53,017 nt of DNA, from positions 1 through 53,017 of IMG/VR virus record IMGVR_UViG_3300034195_000009; one strand, 5' to 3'. The notes under the pieces are model-generated. The model was not told where the DNA came from and did not search any database. It was given only the letters and a program-made list of their open reading frames with translations. Source of the DNA: a virus. Taxonomy: Duplodnaviria; Caudoviricetes. The position numbers and the translations under genes were made by a program. Positions 8,873 through 17,715 of this stretch are shown here, piece after piece (the stretch's first letter is position 1; each line of letters opens with the position of its first letter).

Positions 8873-9260
8873 GGGTCGCTCTCCAGATCTCCGCGGCGAC
8901 CAGGGCCTTGATGTAGTCGGCGATGCGCGCCGGAGTGTCGAGGACTTGACCGTCGAAATTGCGCAGTCGTCCATTAGCGTTTCGAGCGGCCTGGTCGAGC
9001 TTCTCCTGCTCCCAGGCGTCAGCGCCGGAACCCCTGGGCATCGCAATGCCACGCTCGGAGGGATCACGGACCTCGACCCTTTCGACGACTCTCGCCAGAT
9101 GCTGGCCTCGATTCGCATCGCTGCACTGCCAGCCGACGACGGCGAAGGCCTCGCCGTTCGCATCGTCGGCCATGGCGAACAGCTCGATCTCGCCTCGATT
9201 GATGTTCCCGCAAACGCACCGCGGTTCCGGCAGATCGATCACAGTTGCCAGGTCATTCAT
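8865..9260 (-). CDS. Hypothetical protein
   Basis: ORF with RBS, CVCG motif. Confidence 0.6.
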   Translation of the reverse strand: MNDLATVIDLPEPRCVCGNINRGEIELFAMADDANGEAFAVVGWQCSDANRGQHLARVVERVEVRDPSERGIAMPRGSGADAWEQEKLDQAARNANGRLRNFDGQVLDTPARIADYIKALVAAEIWRATHV

Positions 9261-9456
9261 GTGAGGCTTCCTTTCCGAGCGTTCCGCCCGGCGCGTCGTA
9301 GCGGGCTTTCAGCTCTTCCCAGATCTCGGGGAAGGCCCTTCGAAGGATCACGATGTTGTCCGAATCGGCCTTACGCATGGCGGCCATGATCAGCGCGGAG
9401 AACGGCGGATCTTCCTTGCCGAGCTCCAGTGATACGCGGTAGCTGTGCAGGCTCAC
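9253..9456 (-). CDS. Small hypothetical protein
   Basis: PFSALIMAAMRKADSDN...RYDAPGG; GTGA coupling. Confidence 0.6.
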   Translation of the reverse strand: MSLHSYRVSLELGKEDPPFSALIMAAMRKADSDNIVILRRAFPEIWEELKARYDAPGGTLGKEASHE

Positions 9457-9917
9457 CGGGGGACCTCCGTAAGGTCCTCGGGGAGCACGTAGACCGGCTT
9501 CCGGCGTAGGGCGTACGCCACCAGGAACGCCTGAAAATGCCGCTGGGGCGTGAAGGTCATGCCAACCTCTGGTTCCCACTGCACGTCGCCATCTGCGAGC
9601 GTGCGTGTCCCGACGATGATCCCCTCGGTCGCCGGTCGAGTCCGGCGATCCCAGACGCCACGACGGCGCCGGAGCTCGGCGGAGAAGATCACGGGTGAGC
9701 CGAGGATCCCAGCCGTGGCGTCCGATTTCTCGGCCATAACGCCTTCGGCTATGACCTGATCACCGGCGATGGCAGCCAGGGCCAGCATTGCGTAGGCCTG
9801 TGCCGTGATCGCTTCGAGCGTCGCGAATTGCAGATCGGTCGGGGTTGCCTGCGCATCGACCACGCGCGCGGTTCGAAGACAGTCCTTGGCTGCATCGAAG
9901 TATTCGAGCGCCTTCAC
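9453..9917 (-). CDS. Hypothetical protein
   Basis: Coupled ORF. Confidence 0.55.
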   Translation of the reverse strand: MKALEYFDAAKDCLRTARVVDAQATPTDLQFATLEAITAQAYAMLALAAIAGDQVIAEGVMAEKSDATAGILGSPVIFSAELRRRRGVWDRRTRPATEGIIVGTRTLADGDVQWEPEVGMTFTPQRHFQAFLVAYALRRKPVYVLPEDLTEVPR

Positions 9918-10321
9918 CGGTTCGCCATCCTGGTCGAGGCCATCCGACCGGCCTTGACGGCCTTCCCGATGCCCTGTGGTCCGGCCGCTGCCAGCCGAGC
10001 CCGGAAGGCCGTCCGGCGCTGCCTGCGTGCCTCCTGATGAGCCAGGATGCGCGCTACCTTGGCGGGGGCCATGGCGGCTTCACGAGCCTCCCGCTGAGCC
10101 TCGTAGCGCTCCAGCCGGGCGGCTTCGAGCCGGGCCTGTTCCGCGGTGCGTTCCTGGCGCGTCGCCCGGCGATTCTGGTAGCGACCGAGATCGCGGACCG
10201 CGCGCCGGATGGCGTTGCGGCCGACGGCCAGTCGGTCGCCGACGATGGTCGCCCGGGTTCCCTGCGCCAGCAGTTCATCGCGCTGGCGAATCAGGTTCGC
10301 CATCAGTTCCTTGTCGCTCAT
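9914..10321 (-). CDS. Basic coiled-coil hypothetical protein
   Basis: Arg/Ala-rich helical ORF, coupled at both ends. Confidence 0.5.
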   Translation of the reverse strand: MSDKELMANLIRQRDELLAQGTRATIVGDRLAVGRNAIRRAVRDLGRYQNRRATRQERTAEQARLEAARLERYEAQREAREAAMAPAKVARILAHQEARRQRRTAFRARLAAAGPQGIGKAVKAGRMASTRMANR

Positions 10322-10518
10322 GATGAGAAGTCCCTACAGCCGCACACAAGCGGCCCGTCGTAGTCGTGTGAGTGGAATCGGTCGAGCGTTCCGGCCTTCG
10401 GGCACTTGCGTGAGGTGCCGTCACCGATGCGCTTGGTACCGGCCCAGATCGGGGCCCGCGTGCATTCGAGGTGAACCCCGGCGCCGTGCTGGTCGTCCAG
10501 TTGCTGCCTGGCGGTCAC
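10318..10518 (-). CDS. Small Cys/His-rich protein
   Basis: Coupled ORF; CGC motif. Confidence 0.5.
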   Translation of the reverse strand: MTARQQLDDQHGAGVHLECTRAPIWAGTKRIGDGTSRKCPKAGTLDRFHSHDYDGPLVCGCRDFSS

Positions 10519-10748
10519 CGGCGTGCACCCTCTCGGATCGTCGCCTCACGCTTGGCGCGCTCCGGCTCGATGGACTGCTGGTAATGGGCGTTCAGGACGT
10601 TGAGCGCTTGCTGGTATTCCTCGGCAAGCTTCGCCAGCTCCAGCCAGTGAGCGACGCGCCTGGCTTGCGTGGCGCGATCGAACTCGTCCCAGGCCCGATC
10701 GAACACGGCCGGGTCAGGGTCGGAAAGCGCGCGGCTGGATGGCTGCAT
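10515..10748 (-). CDS. Hypothetical helical protein
   Basis: ORF in a tightly packed operon. Confidence 0.55.
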   Translation of the reverse strand: MQPSSRALSDPDPAVFDRAWDEFDRATQARRVAHWLELAKLAEEYQQALNVLNAHYQQSIEPERAKREATIREGARR

Positions 10749-11013
10749 GCGGCTCGCCCCCGGATTCCTTCAGAACGGCCTGACGTTGCGCCCTGGCGCC
10801 CGCCGTGGCCTTGAGGTACCGATCGCGGGCCTCGTCAGCCTCGGCGTCGCGGAGCTTGCGAGCCGCGTCGAAGGCCTTCTGAGCCTCGCTGAATCGGGCC
10901 TCGATCGCCGCCAGTTGCCCCCGGTAGGCCAGCGCGACGTCCTCCGTCTTCGCTTTGTAGTCCACCCAGGTCCGGTAGGCCAGAGTTTCTCTGGCGGGTG
11001 CTTCAGCGTCCAT
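10714..11013 (-). CDS. Hypothetical coiled-coil protein, first gene of leftward operon
   Basis: GAGGAG RBS upstream of ATG 11013. Confidence 0.6.
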   Translation of the reverse strand: MDAEAPARETLAYRTWVDYKAKTEDVALAYRGQLAAIEARFSEAQKAFDAARKLRDAEADEARDRYLKATAGARAQRQAVLKESGGEPHAAIQPRAFRP

Positions 11014-11054
11014 CGCGTTATCTCCTCTGGAGGTCATCAGGTGTGCATGACGAG

Positions 11055-11083
11055 ACGCTACGCCAGACGCTTGAGGAGTACAA
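11055..11083 (-). promoter_or_regulatory. SigA/HrdB-like leftward promoter
   Basis: Minus strand TTGTAC-N17-TAGCGT just downstream of a terminator. Confidence 0.55.
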
Positions 11084-11116
11084 CTATCTGACCGACTTGT
11101 GACAGGCATCACACGC

Positions 11117-11151
11117 GAAAGAACCCGCCCCCAGTCGACGGGGGCGGGTTC
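11117..11151 (-). terminator. Intrinsic terminator after the lysis cassette
   Basis: 12-bp stem GAACCCGCCCCC/GGGGGCGGGTTC followed by TTT on the minus strand. Confidence 0.75.
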
Positions 11152-11167
11152 GATTGCTATAGGGGCT

Positions 11168-11662
11168 TCAGCCTGCAGCCCCGTTCAGCTTTAGGCTCAG
11201 CAGGTACAGATCGCCCGGCGTCACGTCCTGGCAGAGCCGCCCGTCGTCGAAGAGTTGCCAGCCGCCACGGCGCGCCGCCTCGTCATCGAATTGGCTGCAG
11301 ATCATGTGACCCGTCGACGTGACGAAGGCCCGCAAGTGTGGCGCCGGAATGTGCGTGTGCAGCGCACCGAGGGCCAGGTAGTCCAGGTAGGAGTACGGCG
11401 TGCCGATCAGGTCGCGCGCCGCCTGGGCGACCTTCTCCCGGCACTCGTCCGGACAGGAGATCCAGGCCATCGGCCGGTGATCGTACTTGCTCAGCAGGGC
11501 TTCCGCGGCGCCCCCCGGCCGGGCTTCGATGATCCTCCCACCGCCGATATCGATGAAGGCATGCTCGTAGGGCGACCACCCGTCACCGATCACACCCTGG
11601 GCGAAAGCGATCCCCCAACCGAGCGGGGCGTGTACACGAGTCAGTCCGATATCTCCGAGCAT
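11168..11662 (-). CDS. Permuted papain-like NlpC/P60 (YiiX/YebB-like) protein
   Basis: GDIGL, YEHAFI, IIEARPGG, GTPYSY, late ICSQ catalytic Cys (His-before-Cys order). Confidence 0.75.
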   Translation of the reverse strand: MLGDIGLTRVHAPLGWGIAFAQGVIGDGWSPYEHAFIDIGGGRIIEARPGGAAEALLSKYDHRPMAWISCPDECREKVAQAARDLIGTPYSYLDYLALGALHTHIPAPHLRAFVTSTGHMICSQFDDEAARRGGWQLFDDGRLCQDVTPGDLYLLSLKLNGAAG

Positions 11663-11671
11663 CGTCTTCCC

Positions 11672-12070
11672 CTATCCGAAGAACTTGAAAGCCAGCCCAA
11701 GAACCAATCCAGCAAGCCCGGCCAGCGCTGTAAAGAGCTTCCAGCTGGCGTCATATCCGGAGGACCTGCCCGAGTTGACGTTCATCCGCTTGGACAGGTC
11801 GATAACGATCTTCTCCAGCGCCTCGAATTGCGCCATCGTCGCCACTCCGCTCCGTAGCTCATTCAGCAGTTCGAAGCGCTTGTCGGCGGAGAGCTCCGCC
11901 TTCTGCACGGCCTCCTTAGCCGCCAGGAGTGCGGCCTGCACCGCGCGATCGGCCGCCAGCAGCGCGGCTTCGAGGGCTTTCTGGCTGGCCTCGTACCGCT
12001 GCTCGTAGCGCCGATCGCGCTCGTCCATCAATTCATGAAGATGAGCCAATTTCTCGTCATCGGTCGTCAT
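11672..12070 (-). CDS. Coiled-coil protein with C-terminal TM helix (lysis cassette)
   Basis: Helical body, hydrophobic C-terminus. Confidence 0.65.
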   Translation of the reverse strand: MTTDDEKLAHLHELMDERDRRYEQRYEASQKALEAALLAADRAVQAALLAAKEAVQKAELSADKRFELLNELRSGVATMAQFEALEKIVIDLSKRMNVNSGRSSGYDASWKLFTALAGLAGLVLGLAFKFFG

Positions 12071-12359
12071 CGATGCCCAACCTCGCCTCGATCCGTGCGA
12101 AGCGATGAAGGTTCTCTTCGTGGCGCCGCTCATCGCGAGCGTCGCGCTCTTGGGCCAGCTCTTTCAAGGCGTCGAGCCTGGCCACGATTCCCGGAACGGT
12201 TCCGTTGGAAATGGGCGCCGTATTCTTCACGGCCTTCTGAACTTCCAGCGCAGAGGCGCGGAACTTGAACCATTGCCAGATGGTCGCGGCGATCGTGACC
12301 AGGGCCAGCGATGCGAAACCGATCCAGTCGGTCGGAAGATCTTTCAATTCTGTGAACAT
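12057..12359 (-). CDS. Membrane protein with N-terminal TM and coiled coil (lysis cassette)
   Basis: WIGFASLALVTIAATIWQW; position after the holin. Confidence 0.6.
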   Translation of the reverse strand: MFTELKDLPTDWIGFASLALVTIAATIWQWFKFRASALEVQKAVKNTAPISNGTVPGIVARLDALKELAQERDARDERRHEENLHRFARIEARLGIDDDR

Positions 12360-12395
12360 CAGATCGGCGTCCTTTTCCGAAGGCCCCCGGAAATG

Positions 12396-12431
12396 GCTCA
12401 ACCCCTCACACGGCGGGGTGAGGGGTTGAGC
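12396..12431. terminator. Strong hairpin after the holin
   Basis: 14-bp inverted repeat GCTCAACCCCTCAC/GTGAGGGGTTGAGC. Confidence 0.55.
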
Positions 12432-12441
12432 GCTCATGGGG

Positions 12442-12750
12442 TTACTTGACGAGGGAGCGCTGAGCGACAGCGGCGACGCCCGTCGGCTTCCAGAAGCCGT
12501 AATAGACGGCCACGCCGACGATGAACGTCCCCGCCGCGGCGAGTAGGCCCTGGCCGAGGTCGTAGGTGACGTTCGCCTGAGCCGCCGTGGCGATCTCGGT
12601 CAGCAGGCCGGACGCTGTGGAGAGAAGCAGGAGAAGGGTCGATTTCGCGCCGGGGGACCAAGTCGCCTTCGTGACCAGGCCGACCAGCACCGGCAGTAGG
12701 ACGGCGATGGCGAACTGGAGGAGCTGAAGACCGGAGAGTGAGAAACGCAT
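12442..12750 (-). CDS. Putative holin
   Basis: ~3 TM helices, LPVLVGLVT...YYGFWKPTG; downstream of the endolysin. Confidence 0.7.
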   Translation of the reverse strand: MRFSLSGLQLLQFAIAVLLPVLVGLVTKATWSPGAKSTLLLLLSTASGLLTEIATAAQANVTYDLGQGLLAAAGTFIVGVAVYYGFWKPTGVAAVAQRSLVK

Positions 12751-12776
12751 GTCACGCCTGCAATCTGATGGTTGGG

Positions 12777-12914
12777 TTAGCCGATCGTGAGGGGTCCGCT
12801 GGCCAGCACCCAGAAGGCGAGACCGGCGCAGAGGAGGACCGTTGGCCAGGCGCGCACAACTGCCGACCAGATGCCAGCGGCCAGGAAACACAGGAAGGCG
12901 AGCAGAAGGAACAT
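12777..12914 (-). CDS. Small 2-TM membrane protein (45 aa; not in ORF track)
   Basis: MFLLLAFLCFLAAGIWSAVVRAWPTVLLCAGLAFWVLASG; start overlaps the endolysin stop. Confidence 0.6.
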   Translation of the reverse strand: MFLLLAFLCFLAAGIWSAVVRAWPTVLLCAGLAFWVLASGPLTIG

Positions 12915-14038
12915 CAGGGACGCGCCAGCCAGGCCTCTATGGCCGCCACGATGGCCGCGGAGTCACCCGCTGGTAGGTCGGCGGCGATGGCAGCGGCCAG
13001 CGCCGGAATGTCGATCGTCGGCGTCGACAGACCGGCGACCTTGGCGGCCAGGGCGTCGATCTTCTGGATGGCCGTTTCGAGCCGGGTGCGATCTTCGGCC
13101 CGATCGACGCGCCCGCCATAAGTGAGCGCCTCGCGGATGCTGGACAGGGTGCCGACGGGCGCCGGGAAGATCGTGTTCTTGACCAGGTCAGCCTCGCCCT
13201 GGGAGAGCGCCCAGGTTTTATTGATGACCGCCGTGGCGATCGCGTCGATTTCTGCTGTGGTCAGGGCCACGTCGATACCTCCGATGAGTGATTCGAGCTG
13301 AGCGAGGGTGCCCGTCCACAGATCGCCGTCGACGCCGGAGCCGAGGCCCGGAACCTGCGAATGATCCGAGAACTGCACCATGACGGGATGATCCTTGGCG
13401 GGGCCGACGGGCATCCCGCCGAACGCCGTCGGATTGATGGTCGCCCCGGCGGCTTCCTTGGCGAGCGAGCCGTGAACCGGCGTATACACGCCGTTGCTAC
13501 TCCCGGCGTGCCACTCGACGACGAAGGGGTACTTCGGGTAGATCGTGCCCCCGCCGGACGAGGCCCACAGTCCGCGATTGGAGTAGACGAAGAGCGGTTT
13601 ACCCGGCATGCGCTGGGCGAACCGCTCGATGAAGCCGACGATGACGCCGGGGATCGCGGACGCCGGGCCGATCATCGAACCGGCTGGAGGCGGATCCCAG
13701 CGCGGATTGACGCTACGCAGCACCGACCGGAGGGGAGCCGAAGCGCCCAGGCCGCCGTGCTCGACGTCCAGGGCGAAACCGAGGGGGCGATTCAGGTCGC
13801 CCATGCAGGCCAGGAAGTGATCGCACTGCGCCGCACCGGATCCGGTCGTGTCGGCGAAGTGGTAGCCCATGGCAATCGTGTTGTGCGCCAGCGCGGATGC
13901 CAGGTTCTGCGCTCCGTGCGGATCGGTGAACCCGACCCCCTGCGAGGCTTTCGTGACGTAGAAATCCAGAACCGGCCAGGTGGACGCTGGAATAACGCCC
14001 TGATAACTGCCCGCCGTGTCGATACCGAGAGTGCTCAT
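12914..14038 (-). CDS. Endolysin, GH25 muramidase
   Basis: GIDT..YQG, KASQG, GYHFA, ALDVE, YSN, QFS, VDGD motifs; helical C-terminal tail. Confidence 0.85.
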   Translation of the reverse strand: MSTLGIDTAGSYQGVIPASTWPVLDFYVTKASQGVGFTDPHGAQNLASALAHNTIAMGYHFADTTGSGAAQCDHFLACMGDLNRPLGFALDVEHGGLGASAPLRSVLRSVNPRWDPPPAGSMIGPASAIPGVIVGFIERFAQRMPGKPLFVYSNRGLWASSGGGTIYPKYPFVVEWHAGSSNGVYTPVHGSLAKEAAGATINPTAFGGMPVGPAKDHPVMVQFSDHSQVPGLGSGVDGDLWTGTLAQLESLIGGIDVALTTAEIDAIATAVINKTWALSQGEADLVKNTIFPAPVGTLSSIREALTYGGRVDRAEDRTRLETAIQKIDALAAKVAGLSTPTIDIPALAAAIAADLPAGDSAAIVAAIEAWLARP

Positions 14039-14060
14039 TGACGCCTCCTGATGACACGAT

Positions 14061-14090
14061 AGCGCCCGCCGACCAAAGTCGACGGGCGCT
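14061..14090. terminator. Hairpin between the SSB and endolysin genes
   Basis: AGCGCCCGCCGAC-CAAA-GTCGACGGGCGCT; no clear U-tract. Confidence 0.5.
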
Positions 14091-14106
14091 GCATATCGAG
14101 GGCGGA

Positions 14107-15216
14107 TCAGAACGGCGGGGGCACCTGGAAACCGGCCGCCTTCAGCATGGCGCGGACTTCGACCGGGTTCTTGCCGAGCGCCACTAGTTGCTCGTCCGTC
14201 AGGCCTTGCATTGCGGCCAGCTGCTCACGGGTAAGGCCTTGCGCCGGAATCGGTCCGGCCGGTGCCTGCTGCACCGCTGGCGGTGTCCATTGCGGGTGCA
14301 CGGGCGCCTCGACCCGCGGGCCTGTGGAGACCGGCCCCTGAGCCGGGGGGGCCCATTGCGGCGCCGGTTGAGGCTGGTAGGCCGCCGGGGCTGGCGGGCT
14401 GAATTGCGGCGGCGCCGGGGGCTGGTAGGCCGGTGGGCCCTGTTGGGCGGGAGGCGCCCAGTTCGGAGCCGGTTGATAGGCCGCCGCGGGTGGCTGGTAG
14501 GCCGGAGGGGCCGATGGGTAGTCCGGTCCGGCCGGTTGGTCCTTCACCTTCACCGGCCGCGCCATGATGGCGGGAAGCGCCGCACGCTGCGCCGGGGAGA
14601 GGTACGGATCGGCCGCCGGGCCCGCCGGGTGATAGGCGACGGCGTAGATCTTCTGCAGGTTCTTGCCGTCGCCTGGGTCGCGGTACTCGATCAGCGTGAT
14701 GTCGAGGACTCCGCCGCGCCCGACGCGCTCACCGGCGACGTTCTGCGCCTCGCCGAGCGCCTTGCCCATCTGCGAGGACCGGGGGCACCAGTTGGCGACC
14801 GGCTGGCCCTGCTCGTCCGTGGCCTGGATGACGATCATCCACTTCGGAGCCGCGGGCATGCCGTTTCGCGCCGGGTAGTAGTCCAGCTGCTTGGTGTTGA
14901 AATTGATCCCGTGCACGACGTCGGGATCGTTCTCGACCAGGAGGATCCGGCGAGTGCCGACCGGTGCCGGTTGGGCGATCGTCCCCCAGGAGACGGCGGG
15001 ACGCTTGTCGAAGCTGTCCGGGATCGCGTCTCCGCCGCGCCACACCTCGGCCTGCTGCGGTGGCGCCGGAGGGGCGTACTGAGGGGCCGGGAAGGCTCCG
15101 GCCGGTCCATATTGCCCCGGGTACTGGCCGGGCGCTGGCTGGCCCTGGTACTGCGGCTGGGGGGCATATTGCGGGTAACCCTGTTGTGGATATCCGCCGT
15201 AGGGCTGTTGTGTCAT
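14107..15216 (-). CDS. Putative ssDNA-binding protein with long Pro/Gln-rich disordered arms
   Basis: Central beta-rich core (PKWMIVIQ..., GGVLDITL, KIYAVAY); position after the Cas4-like exonuclease; ends PPF. Confidence 0.6.
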   Translation of the reverse strand: MTQQPYGGYPQQGYPQYAPQPQYQGQPAPGQYPGQYGPAGAFPAPQYAPPAPPQQAEVWRGGDAIPDSFDKRPAVSWGTIAQPAPVGTRRILLVENDPDVVHGINFNTKQLDYYPARNGMPAAPKWMIVIQATDEQGQPVANWCPRSSQMGKALGEAQNVAGERVGRGGVLDITLIEYRDPGDGKNLQKIYAVAYHPAGPAADPYLSPAQRAALPAIMARPVKVKDQPAGPDYPSAPPAYQPPAAAYQPAPNWAPPAQQGPPAYQPPAPPQFSPPAPAAYQPQPAPQWAPPAQGPVSTGPRVEAPVHPQWTPPAVQQAPAGPIPAQGLTREQLAAMQGLTDEQLVALGKNPVEVRAMLKAAGFQVPPPF

Positions 15217-15223
15217 CGGTTCC

Positions 15224-16102
15224 TCAACTCGGAATTGCTTCGGTGGGGGGCACGTTCCGACGCTCGCGCGCCGTGACCATCTCAGGGCTTCCAGGGCAAC
15301 GCCCGGCGGCCGGATCGGGGTTCGTCAACGCGAACCATGGGCAGTATTGGCAGTAATCGGCTGTCGGCGTGGCGATCCCGGCGACCATCGGCCAGCCGAG
15401 TTGAGCGCCGATCTTCGCGAGATCATCGGAGCGCTTCAGCAGGGCCAGCGCCCGATCGCGATCGTAGGGCGCCGACCACAGGAAGGCATCCGGCAGGTCA
15501 CCGGACTGCGGCAGGAAAGCGATGTGCACCCGATCGACCGGTAGGCCTGCATTCTCGACTCCGAGCCCGTAGATCTGCACCTGGCCTTCGTAGAGCGGGC
15601 CGGGCCCGTGAGCCTTGACCCGCTTCAGCGAGGTGATTCCCGGCACCTTCCAGTCGACGACCGAAGCCGTCTGATGGTCGTACAGGTCGATACTGCCGGT
15701 GATCTCGTCCTCGCCGACCAGGCCTATCCCGACCTCCATTTCCATCACGTATCGCTCGATGCCGAGCGCTGCATTCTTCTCGGCGAAGATACCCGCCAGA
15801 TCGGCGTGCACCGCCGTGCCGACCCGAGCGCGCCAACCGGCCGTGTCGCGGGTGACCGGCTCGACTAGGCCCAGCTTGTAGGCGAGTTTGCGCTGGCACG
15901 GCGTACCCATCTCGGACGGCCCGATCCGCTTCTGTTGCGAGCGAGGGTGCGCCGCCATCGCCTCTGTGATGGTCCCGATCAGCTCGGCGTGCAGCTGGGC
16001 GGGATCGCCACCGAAACGCAGCTCGTCATTGCGCAGCTGGCGCATCGGGATCGGCGTCGCTCCGAGGACGTCCTCGAGAATCTTGACGGCCGCTTCAGGC
16101 AT
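15224..16102 (-). CDS. Cas4-like/RecB-like PD-(D/E)XK exonuclease
   Basis: IGPSEMG.PC.RKL, GTAVH, GSIDL, VDWK, QVQIYG, CQYCP...C Fe-S ligands. Confidence 0.85.
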   Translation of the reverse strand: MPEAAVKILEDVLGATPIPMRQLRNDELRFGGDPAQLHAELIGTITEAMAAHPRSQQKRIGPSEMGTPCQRKLAYKLGLVEPVTRDTAGWRARVGTAVHADLAGIFAEKNAALGIERYVMEMEVGIGLVGEDEITGSIDLYDHQTASVVDWKVPGITSLKRVKAHGPGPLYEGQVQIYGLGVENAGLPVDRVHIAFLPQSGDLPDAFLWSAPYDRDRALALLKRSDDLAKIGAQLGWPMVAGIATPTADYCQYCPWFALTNPDPAAGRCPGSPEMVTARERRNVPPTEAIPS

Positions 16103-16289
16103 GAAGGATCGCCTCCAGCCGATCCTCGAAGGGCCTCATATCACCGGGCGGTGAGGCGATGCACATCAGCCAGGCGGCCAGATCGAGAGCCTGATCGTTG
16201 GTGAGCAGTCTCGGCACGGGAAGGGCGATCTCGATCAGATCCTCCGCCGCGGTCGGGCGAACGATGTAGGGGTTCGGGGGAAGGCTCAC
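16095..16289 (-). CDS. Hypothetical protein
   Basis: Coupled ORF. Confidence 0.55.
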   Translation of the reverse strand: MSLPPNPYIVRPTAAEDLIEIALPVPRLLTNDQALDLAAWLMCIASPPGDMRPFEDRLEAILHA

Positions 16290-16555
16290 GGCTTGACGCC
16301 GTTCAATCCGGGTGGCAGCAGCAGGCCGGAAGGGGTCGGCAGCGCGTCGCGGATCTTCTGCAGGTCGGCAATGATCGATTCCAGGTAGGCCCGGTCGGCA
16401 ATTACGGTCAACGTCGTGTTGGCCACTCGCCAGCAGAGCGCGGCGTAGGGCGTCGCCCCGACGGCGATGACCCCAGCGGCGAGCGACGACGGGTAATCCG
16501 GACGCAGGTAAGGATTCCCGGCGTCAATGAAGGACTGGCTCGGCTGGTCGGTCAT
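16286..16555 (-). CDS. Hypothetical protein
   Basis: Coupled ORF. Confidence 0.6.
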   Translation of the reverse strand: MTDQPSQSFIDAGNPYLRPDYPSSLAAGVIAVGATPYAALCWRVANTTLTVIADRAYLESIIADLQKIRDALPTPSGLLLPPGLNGVKP

Positions 16556-16902
16556 TTCACGACCACCGTGGCCTTACCGAAGGGCGCCTTGCAGGCGTCG
16601 AAGGCCGCTGGGGGAAGGATCCGCTCGACGATCGCCTTGTCGAGCTCGGACTTCGTCACCGTGCAGAAGGTGATCTGCTCCTCTGTCATCAGCACCCGGG
16701 CCTTCGCCGGATCGAAGCGCGCAGCCTGGCGAACGGTTACCGTGCGAGCACCGAAGGGCCGATTCGTGCCGACCTTCAGCCCGTCGCGGAGCCGGGCGGA
16801 GAGCTCGTCTTTCGCCTCCCCGAGCTCCTTGATCTGCTCGGTCAGCTCGACGATCCGGGTCGCCAGTTCTTCGACCTGGTCATCGGTCAGTTCTTCAGTC
16901 AT
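16552..16902 (-). CDS. Coiled-coil hypothetical protein of the recombination module
   Basis: N-terminal coiled coil; GAGGA/GGAG RBS. Confidence 0.65.
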   Translation of the reverse strand: MTEELTDDQVEELATRIVELTEQIKELGEAKDELSARLRDGLKVGTNRPFGARTVTVRQAARFDPAKARVLMTEEQITFCTVTKSELDKAIVERILPPAAFDACKAPFGKATVVVK

Positions 16903-17029
16903 CGTCTCCACATTCCTCGTGAACATATCCGTCGTTGTCGGTCCCGACGATCTGCTCTCCTGAGTCGATGCTTTCCTGGCATCGCATACAGAAGCCGTCG
17001 AATCGAGCCGGGAAGGGTGCTCTAGCCAT
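16895..17029 (-). CDS. Small Zn-finger protein
   Basis: ARFDGFCMRC...G.QI...HEEC. Confidence 0.6.
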   Translation of the reverse strand: MARAPFPARFDGFCMRCQESIDSGEQIVGTDNDGYVHEECGDDD

Positions 17030-17204
17030 TGTCTTCGTTCCTCCATAGCGGGCCCAGCAGGCCTCGCCGGTCGATATCACGGTGAGCCTCTTCGATCATG
17101 ACCAGGGCCTCGCCGCGGCCGATGATCAGGGCCAGCTCATCGAGCAGGCGATCCGGATCGGCGTCGGCGATCAGTGCGGCTTTCACGTAATCCTCCGGCC
17201 TCAT
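17022..17204 (-). CDS. Hypothetical protein
   Basis: ATGA coupling. Confidence 0.5.
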   Translation of the reverse strand: MRPEDYVKAALIADADPDRLLDELALIIGRGEALVMIEEAHRDIDRRGLLGPLWRNEDNG

Positions 17205-17380
17205 TTCGTCAACCAGAGAAACATGACGGCGATGAACATCAGCCATTGGCCGACAACGATCACGTTTCGCTGAGCCGGAGTGTTCTGCGGCCGGGGCTTG
17301 TCGAGCGGCGCGACCGCGATGGAGATGGCCCCGTAAGCGAAGAGGGCCATCAGGGCCAGCGCGACAGCGGCTCTCGTCAT
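17201..17380 (-). CDS. Small 2-TM membrane protein
   Basis: Two hydrophobic segments; ATGA coupling. Confidence 0.55.
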   Translation of the reverse strand: MTRAAVALALMALFAYGAISIAVAPLDKPRPQNTPAQRNVIVVGQWLMFIAVMFLWLTK

Positions 17381-17715
17381 CGCTCGGCCACCTGATCTCC
17401 GAAGGAAAATTCGATCATCTCTCCAACGTGGGCGATGAGCGGACCGTAGGTGCAGAGGACTACCCCGTCCCCCGATGAGATCTCCACCTGAAACCAGCCT
17501 CCGGATGCCTCCGGCGGGACGAGGGTGCCGAAATGGGGGCAGGAAGGCCCATCGACAGCGCATTCCACCCAGAGATACAGCCCTCCCGCCAGTGCATCGA
17601 TGGTCGCCTCCAGGATGACCGGATGCACTGGTCCGAAGGCCAGCCGCGGGAGGTCTGTCTTGGCGATTCGACAGAACTGGGCAACTGCGGGGATGCGAGT
17701 CGTCGCTTCGCTCAT
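17377..17715 (-). CDS. Hypothetical protein
   Basis: Coupled ORF. Confidence 0.55.
   Translation of the reverse strand: MSEATTRIPAVAQFCRIAKTDLPRLAFGPVHPVILEATIDALAGGLYLWVECAVDGPSCPHFGTLVPPEASGGWFQVEISSGDGVVLCTYGPLIAHVGEMIEFSFGDQVAER

Noticed and set aside
15224-16102. CRISPR-associated cas4
   Set aside because: No cas1/cas2 or array; solo Cas4-like exonucleases next to SSB are ordinary phage recombination genes
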